Assembly (NCBI GenBank): GCA_035547755.1
Contig: DASZUG010000055.1
Coordinates: forward strand, 5,562 to 69,561
DNA from: Rhizobiaceae bacterium
Lineage (GTDB): Bacteria; Pseudomonadota; Alphaproteobacteria; Rhizobiales; Rhizobiaceae
Length of the DNA: 64,000 nucleotides
Reading direction: 5' to 3'
The position numbers and the translations under genes are program-made. This document shows positions 47,424 through 57,525 of this stretch, piece by piece (within the stretch, counting starts at the first letter, position 1; every line of letters starts with the position of its first letter). Below the pieces are notes generated by a model. That model was not told the DNA's origin. It saw only the letters and a list, made by a program, of their open reading frames with translations, and made no database searches.

Positions 47424-48611
47424 TCAGTTCCGCCCGAGAATGTCGCCGGCGAGTTGGATGAGTTGACGGTCGCTGCCCTTCGGCCCGAGGAGCGAAATGC
47501 CGAACGGCGCGCCGGACACCTTGTCGAGCGGCAGCGTTATTTGCGGAAAACCTGTGAGGCTTGACAGGCAGAGGAGACGCATGGCGCGCTCGCGATAAGC
47601 CTGCATGCCGTCAAAGGAATCGGATTTGAGCGGGGCCGCTCCTGGCACGGTGGGGAGGACCAGCACACCGTCGTCGCCAAGGAGGTCCGCGAGTTCGGCT
47701 CGGAATGCCTCGCGACGGACGCGCTCGCGCAGTACCGTCTCCTCATCGATGGCGGAGCCGAATTCGAACCGTTCCTTGACGCCGGGTCCGAGGTGGCGGT
47801 CCTTCGCGGAGATCCAATCGCCATGGCATTGCCATGCTTCGAAACCCTGGATCTTGCGGAAGGACCAGTAGAGGTCATCGATATCCTGGGAGAAAGACTG
47901 GAGAATAGAAGGCAACCCGAAGAAGGTCGAAAGCGTCGCAGCCGCCGCCCTGTAGACAGCCTCTTCCTCCCGCCCCAGCACGAGGCCGTCGAGGATTTCG
48001 ATCCTCACCATGCGCTGAATACGTCCTTTGTGGCTGTCCTCGCCGAGGAGAATATCGCCGACCCTGGTGTAAAGCGCGATGTCGCTTGCGAACCAGCCGA
48101 ACGTGTCGAGGGAAGGGGCGAGCGGCATGGTGTGATCGAGCGGAATACGGCCATGCGTTGTCCTCAGCCCGACCAAGCCGCAGAAACTTGCCGGCGCGCG
48201 GACCGAACCGCCCGTATCCGACGCGGTGGCAAGCGGCACGAGGCCGCCGACAACAGCGGCGGCCGAACCGGAGGAGGAGCCGCCGCAGACGCGTTCGGGC
48301 GCCGCGGAATTGACCGGGGAGGGGAAGTGCGCATTCACCCCCATCAGCGAGAAGGCGAGTTCCTCGGTCTGGGTCTTGCCGGCGAATCGCGCACCCGAAT
48401 CAAAAAAGGCCTGTACGGCCGAAGCCGTGGCAAGAGCGGGTTTGGCCTCCTCAAACCTGTCAGGATTGCCGCAGCCGGTCGGATAGCCGGCAACGTCGAA
48501 GATATCCTTCACGCCGAGATCGAGACTGGCGAGAGAGCCAGTTTTTGCATGAGGAACAAAGGCTTCCGGGAGATCGAGGAAAGCGTTGAGCGGATCGCGT
48601 GTCGAAAGCAT
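47424..48611 (-). CDS. Amidase signature family protein
   Basis: VKDIFDV, GKTQTEELA, GGSSSGSA, SDTGGSVRAPASFCG. Confidence 0.92.
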   Translation of the reverse strand: MLSTRDPLNAFLDLPEAFVPHAKTGSLASLDLGVKDIFDVAGYPTGCGNPDRFEEAKPALATASAVQAFFDSGARFAGKTQTEELAFSLMGVNAHFPSPVNSAAPERVCGGSSSGSAAAVVGGLVPLATASDTGGSVRAPASFCGLVGLRTTHGRIPLDHTMPLAPSLDTFGWFASDIALYTRVGDILLGEDSHKGRIQRMVRIEILDGLVLGREEEAVYRAAAATLSTFFGLPSILQSFSQDIDDLYWSFRKIQGFEAWQCHGDWISAKDRHLGPGVKERFEFGSAIDEETVLRERVRREAFRAELADLLGDDGVLVLPTVPGAAPLKSDSFDGMQAYRERAMRLLCLSSLTGFPQITLPLDKVSGAPFGISLLGPKGSDRQLIQLAGDILGRN

Positions 48612-48769
48612 CGTCCAAACCCCCGATATGGTTCCTGTCTCTATCGGTCACAGGCGTGATTTTTTCAACCCGGCCGTCATTTTTCATTGAATGGTCATCA
48701 ATTTCCACTTATATCCCGGTCGCCCAAAGTCGCACGTGCCTGTGGGCGTCCCCCGACCCTCGAAATGGC

Positions 48770-48980
48770 GAGGAAATCGGGACGGTACCCGGGACCTAAC
48801 GAGCCCGGTCGGTCAAGCGGCCAACCGCCTGAACCGAGGACGCCTTGAAGCAACGACGGTGCGGGCCTTTCTGGTGTCTGCCGGTCGTCCATAGACCGGG
48901 GTTACTGAAGAGGCACACCTTCATTGCCGGCAGTGCGGATCGGTTCTCCCAATCCAAAGCTGAGGCAGACAAAGCGAGCA
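48770..48980 (+). ncRNA. speF leader (alphaproteobacterial cis-regulatory RNA); boundaries approximate
   Basis: ~550-bp intergenic upstream of ornithine decarboxylase containing GACGGTGCGGGCCTTTCTGGTGTC..ACTGAAGAGGCACACC..TCATTGCC, which I recall from the Rfam speF family. Confidence 0.65.
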
Positions 48981-49166
48981 GTCGCCCGAGGGCGGTCGCT
49001 CATCGCCGCGTGATACACGCATCATGGTTCCGGGGTCTCCACCGGCTGGCGCCATGACGCTTTGCATCACGTCCTTTGTCCAAAGCGGAACCCGTGGCAG
49101 GGCGCCCGGAACCCGCAGCAGCTTGACGCGGTTCCCGCAAGGAGACCGCTTGATGGAGAGAGACCG

Positions 49167-50300
49167 ATGGCCACCCAGCGTATCCTCGATTTCCTCGCCA
49201 CCCGACGTCCTGACGGCCCCTGCATGGTGCTCGATCTCGACGTCGTGCGCGACAATTACCGCGCCTTCGAAAAGGTGCTGCCCGATTCCCGTATCTACTA
49301 TGCGGTAAAGGCCAATCCCGCCCCCGAGGTGCTGCGGCTTCTCGCCTCGCTCGGCTCGTCCTTCGATACCGCTTCGGTCGCCGAGATCGAGATGGCGATG
49401 GACGCCGGCGCGCCGGCGTCCCGCATCTCCTTCGGCAACACGATCAAGAAGGAGCGGGACATCGCGCGCGCCTCCGATCTCGGCGTTCGGCTCTTCGCCG
49501 TCGATTGCGTCGAGGAGGTCGAGAAGGTCGCGCGCGCGGCTCCCGGTTCCCGCGTGTTCTGTCGTGTGCTCACAGACGGCGCAGGGGCCGAATGGCCGCT
49601 GTCGCGCAAGTTCGGCTGCGTGCCGGCGCTTGCCGTCAAGGTACTCAGGGCGGCGAAGGCGCTCGGCCTGGAGCCCTATGGCGTCTCCTTCCATGTCGGC
49701 TCGCAACAGACCGATCTTTCGGCCTGGGACCGTGCGCTTGCCGACGCCAAGGGGGTCTTCGCGACGCTGGCTGAAGAAGGCATCGTGCTCAAGATGGTCA
49801 ATCTCGGCGGCGGCTTTCCAACGCGCTATCTGAAGGACATTCCGGCGGCTCAGGCCTATGGCGAGGCGATCTTCGCGGCGCTCAGCCGGCATTTCGGCAA
49901 CCGCATCCCGGAGACGATCATCGAGCCCGGCCGCGGGATGGTCGGCAATGCGGGCGTGATCAAGTCGGAAGTCGTTCTGATCTCCAAGAAGGCGGAGACA
50001 GATAATGTACGCTGGGTCTATCTCGACATCGGCAAGTTCGGCGGTCTCGCCGAGACGATGGACGAGGCGATCCGCTATCCGCTCGTGACGCGGCATGATG
50101 GCAGCGAAACCGGCGCCTGCGTGATCGCCGGGCCAACCTGCGATTCCGCCGATGTGCTCTACGAGAAGACGCCCTACCCGTTGCCGCTGTCGTTGACCAT
50201 CGGCGACGAGGTGCTGATCGAGGGAACGGGCGCCTACACCACGACCTATTCCTCGGTCGCCTTCAACGGGTTTGAACCGCTCCGATCCTACGTGATCTGA
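49167..50300 (+). CDS. odc: Fold-III PLP ornithine decarboxylase
   Basis: YYAVKAN, FDTAS, SRKFG, SFHVGSQ, NLGGG, EPGR, GPTCDS.D, GAYT. Confidence 0.93.
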   Translation: MATQRILDFLATRRPDGPCMVLDLDVVRDNYRAFEKVLPDSRIYYAVKANPAPEVLRLLASLGSSFDTASVAEIEMAMDAGAPASRISFGNTIKKERDIARASDLGVRLFAVDCVEEVEKVARAAPGSRVFCRVLTDGAGAEWPLSRKFGCVPALAVKVLRAAKALGLEPYGVSFHVGSQQTDLSAWDRALADAKGVFATLAEEGIVLKMVNLGGGFPTRYLKDIPAAQAYGEAIFAALSRHFGNRIPETIIEPGRGMVGNAGVIKSEVVLISKKAETDNVRWVYLDIGKFGGLAETMDEAIRYPLVTRHDGSETGACVIAGPTCDSADVLYEKTPYPLPLSLTIGDEVLIEGTGAYTTTYSSVAFNGFEPLRSYVI

Positions 50301-50395
50301 CGGGGCTCTCCCGTCGGATCGCCGGCAGGTCAGGCGTTCGCGCACGCCTGCCGGTTCGCTTGTGGAACGGATTCTGCTCGTGAAGGATCAAGGAA

Positions 50396-51007
50396 ATGGA
50401 AATACGGGAGAACATTGCCGGAGTGACGGTCTGGCATCCGCTGACGATTTCCCCCCTTGTGGGGGAGATGGGCAGCTTCACCATTGGTGCCGAAACGGCG
50501 GCCGACATTACGGCGCGCGATACGCTGCTCGATCGAGCCATGGGGCCGAACTGGCGCAGGAAGGCGTCGGAGAAACTGCGGCGCGGGCGTATCCCGTCGG
50601 AAGGTCTTGCGTTCGTCGCGCGAGATATCAAAGGCGATGTCGTCGGGACTGTCAGGCTGTGGGATGTGACTGCAGGCGACCTACACGGCTCTGCCCTACT
50701 GCTCGGACCGCTTGCCGTCGATCCGCTTCTGAAAGGGGCGGGCATCGGTTCCGCGCTGATGCGCCACGCCATCCACGAAGCGGAAAAGCGCGACCATGGC
50801 GCGATCCTGCTCGTGGGCGACGCGCCTTATTACGAGCGCTTCGGTTTTTCCTCGGAAAAGACGGGCAATCTGGCCATGCCCGGTCCCTACGAGCCGCGCC
50901 GCTTCCTGGCGCTCGAACTCGCAGCCGGCGCGCTCGACGGTGCGCATGGCGTGCTCCGGCCGGCGGGGCGGAAAATGAAACCGGCGTCGCTCGGCGTCGC
51001 CGCCTGA
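50396..51007 (+). CDS. GNAT acetyltransferase (alternative start 50468)
   Basis: GTVRLW, LGPLAV.P...GAGIGSAL, LVGDAPYY.RFGF. Confidence 0.9.
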   Translation: MEIRENIAGVTVWHPLTISPLVGEMGSFTIGAETAADITARDTLLDRAMGPNWRRKASEKLRRGRIPSEGLAFVARDIKGDVVGTVRLWDVTAGDLHGSALLLGPLAVDPLLKGAGIGSALMRHAIHEAEKRDHGAILLVGDAPYYERFGFSSEKTGNLAMPGPYEPRRFLALELAAGALDGAHGVLRPAGRKMKPASLGVAA

Positions 51008-51013
51008 GGGTCG

Positions 51014-51038
51014 CCTCACCCGGCGTGAGCGGGTGAGG
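51014..51038. terminator. Hairpin between convergent genes
   Basis: CCTCACCCG-N7-CGGGTGAGG perfect 9-bp stem; no U-tract. Confidence 0.4.
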
Positions 51039-51042
51039 TCAC

Positions 51043-51324
51043 TCAGATTACCTGGGCGAGCGCCATGGCGATGGACATGTCGCCTGAAACCTTCAGCTTG
51101 CCTTGCATGAAGGCGGCGGTCGGGTTGAGGTCGCCGGCAAGCAGGTTTTCCAGATCGCTCTTCGAGACCGCAATCGTGCAATCCGCCGGCGCGTCGGCGG
51201 TTGAAACGTTTTCGCCGTCGATGACGACAACGCCTTCGGAGCCGCAGTCGAATTTAACGGAGCGGTCGAAGCCACTGCCTGTCACCTTGGCGCGCATCTT
51301 TTCCGCGATTGCATCCATGCTCAT
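51043..51324 (-). CDS. SCP2 sterol-binding domain protein
   Basis: ADCTI, GDLNPTAAFMQGKLKVSGDMSIAM. Confidence 0.9.
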   Translation of the reverse strand: MSMDAIAEKMRAKVTGSGFDRSVKFDCGSEGVVVIDGENVSTADAPADCTIAVSKSDLENLLAGDLNPTAAFMQGKLKVSGDMSIAMALAQVI

Positions 51325-51402
51325 CGGCTGTCCTCTCGATCATCCTGACACGTCTCTATTATAGGGCCGCGCGCGCGCCTCGAACAGGCAGCTCGAATGG
51401 GT

Positions 51403-51939
51403 TCAGCCCGCACCGCCTTCCGTTTCGTGCGGCGTGATGACGGTACCGTGCTCCGGGTCGGCGGTCTCGCCAACATGGCGCTTGAAGGCATTATCCCGGA
51501 TATCCTGCTTGGACAGATATTCGATCTGCTCGACAAGTACGTCATGCACCAGCTTTCGTCCGACCTTCTTGTTGATAGCGTCGCGGATACCGTCGCGGAG
51601 CTTATCGAGATCAAGCTTCTTCACCTTGGTGAAATCGATCAGCGGATTGCCGTAGAGATAGCTGTAGACGGCGTCGACCAGGAGCGCGTCGGCCGGGATG
51701 GAGAGGTTGCGAGAGACTTTCGGCTCGACGGTATAGACGAGACGGCTGAGGAAATAACCATAAACCCTGCCGTCATCGATCAACGGCACCGATATGACGC
51801 CGGTGCGCTCATAGTCGAGGCCGCCGAAGAAGGCAGGCTGCGCCGCCTTCGCGCCCGGCATGTTGCTGGAAAAGGAATAGGCCATGGCCCCGATCGCCAC
51901 GGCGCAAAGCCAGAACGCGGCGGCGGCGAATTTGATCAT
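51403..51939 (-). CDS. Flagellar-cluster membrane-anchored hypothetical protein (FliL-like)
   Basis: N-terminal TM, ISVP...GYF, VHDVLVEQIEY; last gene of cluster. Confidence 0.7.
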   Translation of the reverse strand: MIKFAAAAFWLCAVAIGAMAYSFSSNMPGAKAAQPAFFGGLDYERTGVISVPLIDDGRVYGYFLSRLVYTVEPKVSRNLSIPADALLVDAVYSYLYGNPLIDFTKVKKLDLDKLRDGIRDAINKKVGRKLVHDVLVEQIEYLSKQDIRDNAFKRHVGETADPEHGTVITPHETEGGAG

Positions 51940-52355
51940 GAGGGAATGCGGTCTCCGGCGAACTCCCTCGCCGAATAGGTGCCGTCGGCCTCGGCGCGCT
52001 GTATTGCCTTCTGGATAAGCGCCGCCACTTCCGTTACCGCGTTAATATGCGCGAGGATTGCCGCTTCGTTGGCCGCCAGTTTCTCGCGCAGCCTGACGAG
52101 CTGGGTGCGCTCCTCCGTCGAAATATCCAGCGGGCTGACGCAGCGGGCCGCCTTGTTCAATTCATAGAGATAGCGGCTCTTGCGCGCATTCGATGCGGGA
52201 ATATCGAAGTCCAGATTGCCCCGGATCGCCGCCGTCTCTTGCTCTATAGTGGCTTCGATGCGGCCGATGATGGCCGACAGGTTTACCGGCCGCGAGATCG
52301 TGTCAGTGCTGTTCTGGGAGCGGCTGAGCTTGGATGGCAGATTGGCGGTCATCAT
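51936..52355 (-). CDS. FlgN-like export chaperone
   Basis: Small helical protein, NARKSRYLYEL, ADGTYS; position after rod-binding gene. Confidence 0.65.
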   Translation of the reverse strand: MMTANLPSKLSRSQNSTDTISRPVNLSAIIGRIEATIEQETAAIRGNLDFDIPASNARKSRYLYELNKAARCVSPLDISTEERTQLVRLREKLAANEAAILAHINAVTEVAALIQKAIQRAEADGTYSAREFAGDRIPS

Positions 52356-52364
52356 TGAAGCCTT

Positions 52365-52922
52365 CTAGATTCTGGTTTCGTCCGACTGCGCGCCGGTTCC
52401 GATCGGCATGGTCAGCTTGCGCTGCATCTCATCGATGACGGCGTGGGTCATGAGGTGGCGGGCATCCTGTTCGGCCTTCGCGGTTCCGTCCGAAGCCCCC
52501 GTCAAGGGGACGCTCTTGCCTTCGACCATGTAGTGCGCCTTGAGAAGGCGGTTTGCGATGCCGATGCCGCCATGCTTCGCCATGACGGAGGCAACCTGCT
52601 GGGCAAGCTCGGATTTCCACATGTCTCCCGCCAGCCCAGATCCGTATACGGCCTCGCTGTCCTTCGGCATCATCGATTGCAGGAATGTCTGAAGAACAAC
52701 GGCCTCGAACCGTTGATAAGCCTTGTTCGCAGGAGCCGTCGATGAGGCTGGCGCGGTGCTGTTGGAGGTCCCCGCCGTTTCGGGGCCTACCGGCTCGAAG
52801 GGTGCTGCGGCAATTCCCGATTGCGCGCGCTTTTCGAGCGCTGCCTTGGCGGTTTCCATCCCTTCCGGACCGACCGCGCGTGCCACGTCGAGAACGATAT
52901 CGCCTGGCGGTGAAATGGCCAA
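52365..52922 (-). CDS. Rod-binding (FlgJ N-domain-like) protein
   Basis: MAISPPGDIVLDV, FEAVVLQTFLQSM, YGSGLAGDMWKS, GGIGIA. Confidence 0.8.
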   Translation of the reverse strand: MAISPPGDIVLDVARAVGPEGMETAKAALEKRAQSGIAAAPFEPVGPETAGTSNSTAPASSTAPANKAYQRFEAVVLQTFLQSMMPKDSEAVYGSGLAGDMWKSELAQQVASVMAKHGGIGIANRLLKAHYMVEGKSVPLTGASDGTAKAEQDARHLMTHAVIDEMQRKLTMPIGTGAQSDETRI

Positions 52923-52957
52923 AAGTGAGGCTCCCTGGAGGATTTCCTTGTTGTCCC

Positions 52958-52987
52958 ACTATGGAGCAACAAGCTTGCGGCAGGCTG
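52958..52987 (-). promoter_or_regulatory. Flagellar promoter motif copy 3 (CAGCCT-GC-CGCAAG-N10-CATAGT)
   Basis: Same motif and spacing upstream of flhA and flgE. Confidence 0.6.
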
Positions 52988-53000
52988 ACGCTGGCGGCGG

Positions 53001-53402
53001 TCAGTCCCGCGATCGCGCCATTCCCGCATGGAACTGGCGTTCGACCGTTTCCAATGTTTCCTTTTCCTGCTCCTTGCGCTCTTCCTGCCGCCGGGCGGAG
53101 CGCCATGCATCCTCCACCATGTTGGTGCGCGCGGTCTGTGTGGCGACGGCAACTGCCTCCTGGCGCGCCTTCTCCTTGAAATGGTGCTCGCGCGCGAGCG
53201 CGGTGCGGACGGCGCGCACATAGAGGTCTGGGAAGAGGCGGGAGAAGGATTCCGGATCCCCCATCTCGGCAAAGAGTTCCGCCGCTTCCTTTCCTGCCGC
53301 AACAGCTTTTGCGGTGTAATCCGCGCGGCGCATCTCGTGGACGGCTTTCAGCTTGCCCTGCAGGTCGAGGAGGCGGCGCAACCGCCTGCTGTCGGTCGCC
53401 AT
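53001..53402 (-). CDS. Coiled-coil flagellar hypothetical protein (FliJ-like)
   Basis: Charged helical 133 aa directly after fliR. Confidence 0.6.
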   Translation of the reverse strand: MATDSRRLRRLLDLQGKLKAVHEMRRADYTAKAVAAGKEAAELFAEMGDPESFSRLFPDLYVRAVRTALAREHHFKEKARQEAVAVATQTARTNMVEDAWRSARRQEERKEQEKETLETVERQFHAGMARSRD

Positions 53403-53406
53403 CCCC

Positions 53407-54162
53407 CTACCTCCCGATCGTCACGGGGAGGAAGGAATCCGCATAGAGGCTGAGAAGACTCGGAATGCCGAAATACATGAGAATCAGGCCGCCGGCGATG
53501 ACGAAGGGAAGCGAGATGAAATAGACCGGTATCTGTGGGGCGAGCTTATTGATGAAGCCGGTGGTCAGGTTGATCAGCAGTGCGTAAGCGATGAAGGGGC
53601 TGCCGAGACGCAAGGTGACGAAGAAGGCATTCGAGATGGTGTCGCTTACATTGATCAAGGCCGTCTGCGGGTTGAAGAGCACGTCGATCGGCGCGATGCG
53701 GTAGGAACTGATCAGCGCGCGGATGATATCGAGATGAAAATTGAGCGCAAAGAGCAGCATCAGGGCAGAAAAGGAGATGATCGCGCCGAGGGGCGATTCC
53801 GCATAATCCTCGAGGAGGGCAACGCCGCCCGATCCGCTGAAGCCCATCATGGTTGAGATCGCGGTCGTGATGAATTCAAGGGCGAGGAGATAAAGCCGCG
53901 CCACCATGCCGATCAGAATGCCGGTCAGAAGTTCGGAGACGACCGTTTTGAGAAGAACCGCGGCGCCGCTTCCGGCATAGGGCAGGAGGACATCGGACAG
54001 ATTGGCGAAGAGCGCCAGGCTGGCCGCCACCGCGACGAAAAGCCTGACCTGCATCGGCACGCGCGCGCTCGAAAAGCCTGGCATGGTCATGAAGCAGCCG
54101 CCTACGCGGCAGAAGGTCAGAAAGGCCGCGATCACCAATTGAGGCAATGGCGCGCCGGTCAC
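53407..54162 (-). CDS. fliR: Flagellar export protein FliR
   Basis: [35 protein letters not shown]. Confidence 0.93.
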   Translation of the reverse strand: MTGAPLPQLVIAAFLTFCRVGGCFMTMPGFSSARVPMQVRLFVAVAASLALFANLSDVLLPYAGSGAAVLLKTVVSELLTGILIGMVARLYLLALEFITTAISTMMGFSGSGGVALLEDYAESPLGAIISFSALMLLFALNFHLDIIRALISSYRIAPIDVLFNPQTALINVSDTISNAFFVTLRLGSPFIAYALLINLTTGFINKLAPQIPVYFISLPFVIAGGLILMYFGIPSLLSLYADSFLPVTIGR

Positions 54163-56246
54163 GAAATCGACCCGAGTACCCGGATTTCGACGCCCTTGGC
54201 GATCTCGACATGACTGAGCACCGGCAGCGTCGCGAAGAGACGCTCGATGATCATACGCACATAGGGCCGGGCGTCCGGGGCGGTGACGATGACGAAGCGT
54301 TCGCCTGCATCGAGATGCGAACGGATCACCTTCGATGCTTCCTGGCCGAATTCCTCAAGAAGACGCGGATCGATATCGAATTCGCGGATCTCGCCTTTGG
54401 CATCGCGCTTGAGGCTCTGGTGGAACGCGATGTCCCAACGGTTGCCGAGGCGCAGCACCTTGAGCACGCCGCCTTCGGTCAGGTCACCGCAGATCTGCTG
54501 CGACATACGCATGCGCACATGCTCGACGATCTGCTCGGTGCGACGCACATGCGGCGCGATTTCGGCGATCGCTTCGATGATCAGGTGCAGGTTGCGGATC
54601 GAGACGCGCTCCGCGAGCAGAAGCTTCAGCACGGCTTGAAGCCCAGGATAGGAGATATTCGAAGTGCAGATTTCGTCGGCGAGCTTGCGGTATTCCGGGT
54701 CGAGCCTGTCGATCAGCGCCTTCATGTCCTTGTAGGAGAGAAGCTGCGGCAGATTATTGTGGATGACCTCCGAAAGATGAGTAAGCAGGACCGACATGTT
54801 GTCGGCATAGGTAAGGTTCTCGCGCTTCAAATCTTCCGCGAACATTTCCGGCACCGAATAAGCGCGGAGGCCGAAAGCGGGTTCGCGCACTTCTTCGCCC
54901 GGTATGTCGGGCGCCTTGCCGTTGCCGATCAGAACCATCAGTTCGCCGACGCGCATCTTGTGCTCGGTGACGACGGTGCCGTGGATCTTGATCTGATAGC
55001 TTTTCGCCGGAATGCCGAAATCGTCGGTCAGCCGCACCTCGGGAACGACGAAGCCATATTGCAGGGCGAATTTCCTGCGCATCTTTCCCATGCGAAAGGC
55101 GAGTTCCTGGTGCAGGGGAAGAAGCTTCGTGGAAAGCTGCTTGCCGAGTGCGAGCTCGACCTCCGTCGTCTTGAGCGAGGCCTTGAGAGAGTTTTTCTCC
55201 TCATCTTCCTTGGCGGCCTTCTTCTGTTTTTCTTCTTCCGCTTCCGCGGCGGCGCGCTCTCCCGCGCGCTTAGGGATGATGTAACCCACGCCGGCCATGG
55301 TGCCGCCGAGGAACAGGAAGGGTAGGGCGGGCAGGCCTGGCATGAGCGCGAGAACGCCCATCAGGAGCGCCGCGACGAAGAGCGCTCGGGGATAGTTGCC
55401 GAGTTGGCCGAAGACTGCCTTGTCGGCCGAGCCGCGCGTGCCGCCCTTGGAGACAAGCAGACCGGCCGCGAGCGACACGATCAGCGCGGGAATTTGCGTA
55501 ACCAACCCGTCGCCGACGGAAAGCTTGGTGAAGACATCGGTTGCCTGGGCAAGGTCCATGCCATGGCGGGCATAGCCGATGGCGATACCGCCGACGATAT
55601 TGATGGCCGTTATCATGAGACCCGCGACCGCGTCGCCGCGGACGAATTTCGAGGCGCCGTCCATGGAGCCGAAGAAGGCGCTTTCCTCTTCGAGTTCACG
55701 CCGCCTGAGTTGCGCCTCCTTGTCCGTGATCATGCCGGCCGACAAATCCGCGTCGATCGACATCTGCTTGCCGGGGATCGCGTCCAGAGTGAACCGTGCG
55801 CCGACCTCGGCGATACGCGTCGAGCCCTTGGTGATGACAATGAAGTTGACGACGATCAGGATCAAAAAAACGATAAGACCGATGACGAAATCTCCCGCCA
55901 TGACCAGGCGGGAAAAGCCGCCGATGACATAGCCGGCGGCATTGGTGCCCTCGTCTCCTCTCGACAGGATGGCGCGGGTTGTCGCGATGTTGAGCGACAG
56001 GCGCAGCATGGTCGAGATCAGCAGGACGGTCGGAAAGGACGAGAAATCGAGCGGCCTCTCGATCCAGAGCGCGACCATCAGGATCAGGACCGACATGGCG
56101 ATCGAGACCGATAGGCCGAGATCGATCAGGAAGGATGGGATCGGCAGGAAGAGCACCGACAGGATGGTGATGATGCCGATGGCGAAGCCGACATCGCGTC
56201 CGTGCTTCCTGATCTCGCCCGCAGGGCTGGTGTCCGTAAGCGCCAT
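54159..56246 (-). CDS. flhA: Flagellar export gate protein FlhA
   Basis: [49 protein letters not shown]. Confidence 0.98.
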   Translation of the reverse strand: MALTDTSPAGEIRKHGRDVGFAIGIITILSVLFLPIPSFLIDLGLSVSIAMSVLILMVALWIERPLDFSSFPTVLLISTMLRLSLNIATTRAILSRGDEGTNAAGYVIGGFSRLVMAGDFVIGLIVFLILIVVNFIVITKGSTRIAEVGARFTLDAIPGKQMSIDADLSAGMITDKEAQLRRRELEEESAFFGSMDGASKFVRGDAVAGLMITAINIVGGIAIGYARHGMDLAQATDVFTKLSVGDGLVTQIPALIVSLAAGLLVSKGGTRGSADKAVFGQLGNYPRALFVAALLMGVLALMPGLPALPFLFLGGTMAGVGYIIPKRAGERAAAEAEEEKQKKAAKEDEEKNSLKASLKTTEVELALGKQLSTKLLPLHQELAFRMGKMRRKFALQYGFVVPEVRLTDDFGIPAKSYQIKIHGTVVTEHKMRVGELMVLIGNGKAPDIPGEEVREPAFGLRAYSVPEMFAEDLKRENLTYADNMSVLLTHLSEVIHNNLPQLLSYKDMKALIDRLDPEYRKLADEICTSNISYPGLQAVLKLLLAERVSIRNLHLIIEAIAEIAPHVRRTEQIVEHVRMRMSQQICGDLTEGGVLKVLRLGNRWDIAFHQSLKRDAKGEIREFDIDPRLLEEFGQEASKVIRSHLDAGERFVIVTAPDARPYVRMIIERLFATLPVLSHVEIAKGVEIRVLGSIS

Positions 56247-56285
56247 GAATCACACTCTAAGCGCCGGCACAGTGCCGGCGGCGCT

Positions 56286-56315
56286 ACGCTAGTGTGCGAA
56301 GCTTGCGCGAGGGTG
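56286..56315 (-). promoter_or_regulatory. Flagellar promoter motif copy 2 (CACCCT-CG-CGCAAG-N10-TAGCGT)
   Basis: Same motif and spacing as copies at 52958 and 61800. Confidence 0.6.
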
Positions 56316-56360
56316 AGGCTGATCGCGCGCCTCATTGTCCGAAAGAACAGCGATCGATGA

Positions 56361-56627
56361 TCAGAAGCCGTTCTGGATGCGCTGGAAAATCACATCGGCG
56401 AAGGACGATATCTGCGCGCCTATAAAGGGGCCGGTGAACGCAACGACCACCAGGATGGCGACGATCTTCGGCACGAAGGTCAGCGTGATCTCCTGCACCT
56501 GCGTCAGGGCCTGGACGAGCGCGATGCCAACACCGACGACCATGGCGACGATGACGGCGGGAGCCGAGGCGATCAGGACCGTCCATATCGCGTATTGGAC
56601 GATATCGAGTGCGTCGGCCTCGTTCAT
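56361..56627 (-). CDS. fliQ: Flagellar export protein FliQ
   Basis: QALTQVQEITLTFVPKI. Confidence 0.96.
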   Translation of the reverse strand: MNEADALDIVQYAIWTVLIASAPAVIVAMVVGVGIALVQALTQVQEITLTFVPKIVAILVVVAFTGPFIGAQISSFADVIFQRIQNGF

Positions 56628-56665
56628 CGGACCATCCTGTCTTGTGTCGACCCGCAAGCAGCGGA

Positions 56666-57082
56666 CTATTGTATCGTCACGCCGGCGCCGACCGCGACTT
56701 CCTGTCCATTCGAGAGCACTGCGGTGATGCCGTTGGAGAGCACCTTGACCTCCGATACCGTTCCCGTAACCGTACCATCCGCTGAGGTTATTGTATGGCC
56801 GATGATGCTTCCCGCCTGCGACAATGCCGAAGATTGCAAGAGTTGGTCGAGCTTGGAATTGGTTTGGACAGCCTGTCCGACCTGGGAAAATGTCGCCAAT
56901 TGCGCGACATATTGCGTCGAATCCATCGGATTCGTCGGGTCCTGGTTCTTCATTTCCGCCATGAGGAGCGTAAGGAAGGAATTGTAGTCGAGCGTCGGCG
57001 CAGATGTTGCGGAACTCGAACTGGAACCATTGGTGGAATTTGTCGCGGTGTTGTTCGTGCTGCCAACCGACGGAACGGACAT
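56666..57082 (-). CDS. flgD: Flagellar hook assembly protein FlgD
   Basis: FLTLLMAEMKNQDPTNPMD..QYVAQLATFSQV. Confidence 0.95.
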   Translation of the reverse strand: MSVPSVGSTNNTATNSTNGSSSSSATSAPTLDYNSFLTLLMAEMKNQDPTNPMDSTQYVAQLATFSQVGQAVQTNSKLDQLLQSSALSQAGSIIGHTITSADGTVTGTVSEVKVLSNGITAVLSNGQEVAVGAGVTIQ

Positions 57083-57525
57083 TATGCGCTCTCCCTCATT
57101 TCCATGGTGAAAGCCGCCGGCATCGGGGCGGGTTTCGGATGCAGGATTTCATTTTCGGCCGAATAGAGATCACGGATCGCCTTCAACGCTTCATAGACGC
57201 GTCCCTCGGCGACAAAACCGTCGATGTGCTTGAGCGAGGAAAGGATATGCTTGTCGCGGAAGGTCTCGAGCAATAGCGGCAGCGTCGTCTTGAACATGGA
57301 AAGCGCCGTCTCGGCGTTGTTCGGGTTCATCAGCATGATTTGCACGATGAAATAAAGCTGGCGCAGAGGGGTCGTCGCGTCCTCGGGCTGCAGGACGTGG
57401 CTCTCCAGCAGAAATTGCGTTTCGTTCAGCAATTCGAGCGAGACCTTGCGGTCGACCTTCACCACCGCGCCGTTGATGTAGATCTTCTCATTCGCCTTCA
57501 GCGATATCTTCAACCCGCTTTTCAT
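57082..57525 (-). CDS. flbT: Flagellin regulator FlbT
   Basis: LKISLKANEKIYINGAV, FLLESHVLQ...TTPLRQLYF, YEALKAIR. Confidence 0.95.
   Translation of the reverse strand: MKSGLKISLKANEKIYINGAVVKVDRKVSLELLNETQFLLESHVLQPEDATTPLRQLYFIVQIMLMNPNNAETALSMFKTTLPLLLETFRDKHILSSLKHIDGFVAEGRVYEALKAIRDLYSAENEILHPKPAPMPAAFTMEMRESA

Noticed and set aside
49062-49166. N-terminal extension of ODC from TTG 49062
   Set aside because: ATG 49167 has an upstream GGAGAG SD and gives a typical length; the extension has no recognisable features.
48921-50345. 474-aa antisense ORF over odc, and similar long shadow ORFs (2290-3537, 5119-6051, 9726-10649, 27188-28234, 38843-40099, 54147-55325)
   Set aside because: They overlap well-supported genes on the opposite strand, show no recognisable motifs, and are expected by-products of high-GC codon bias.
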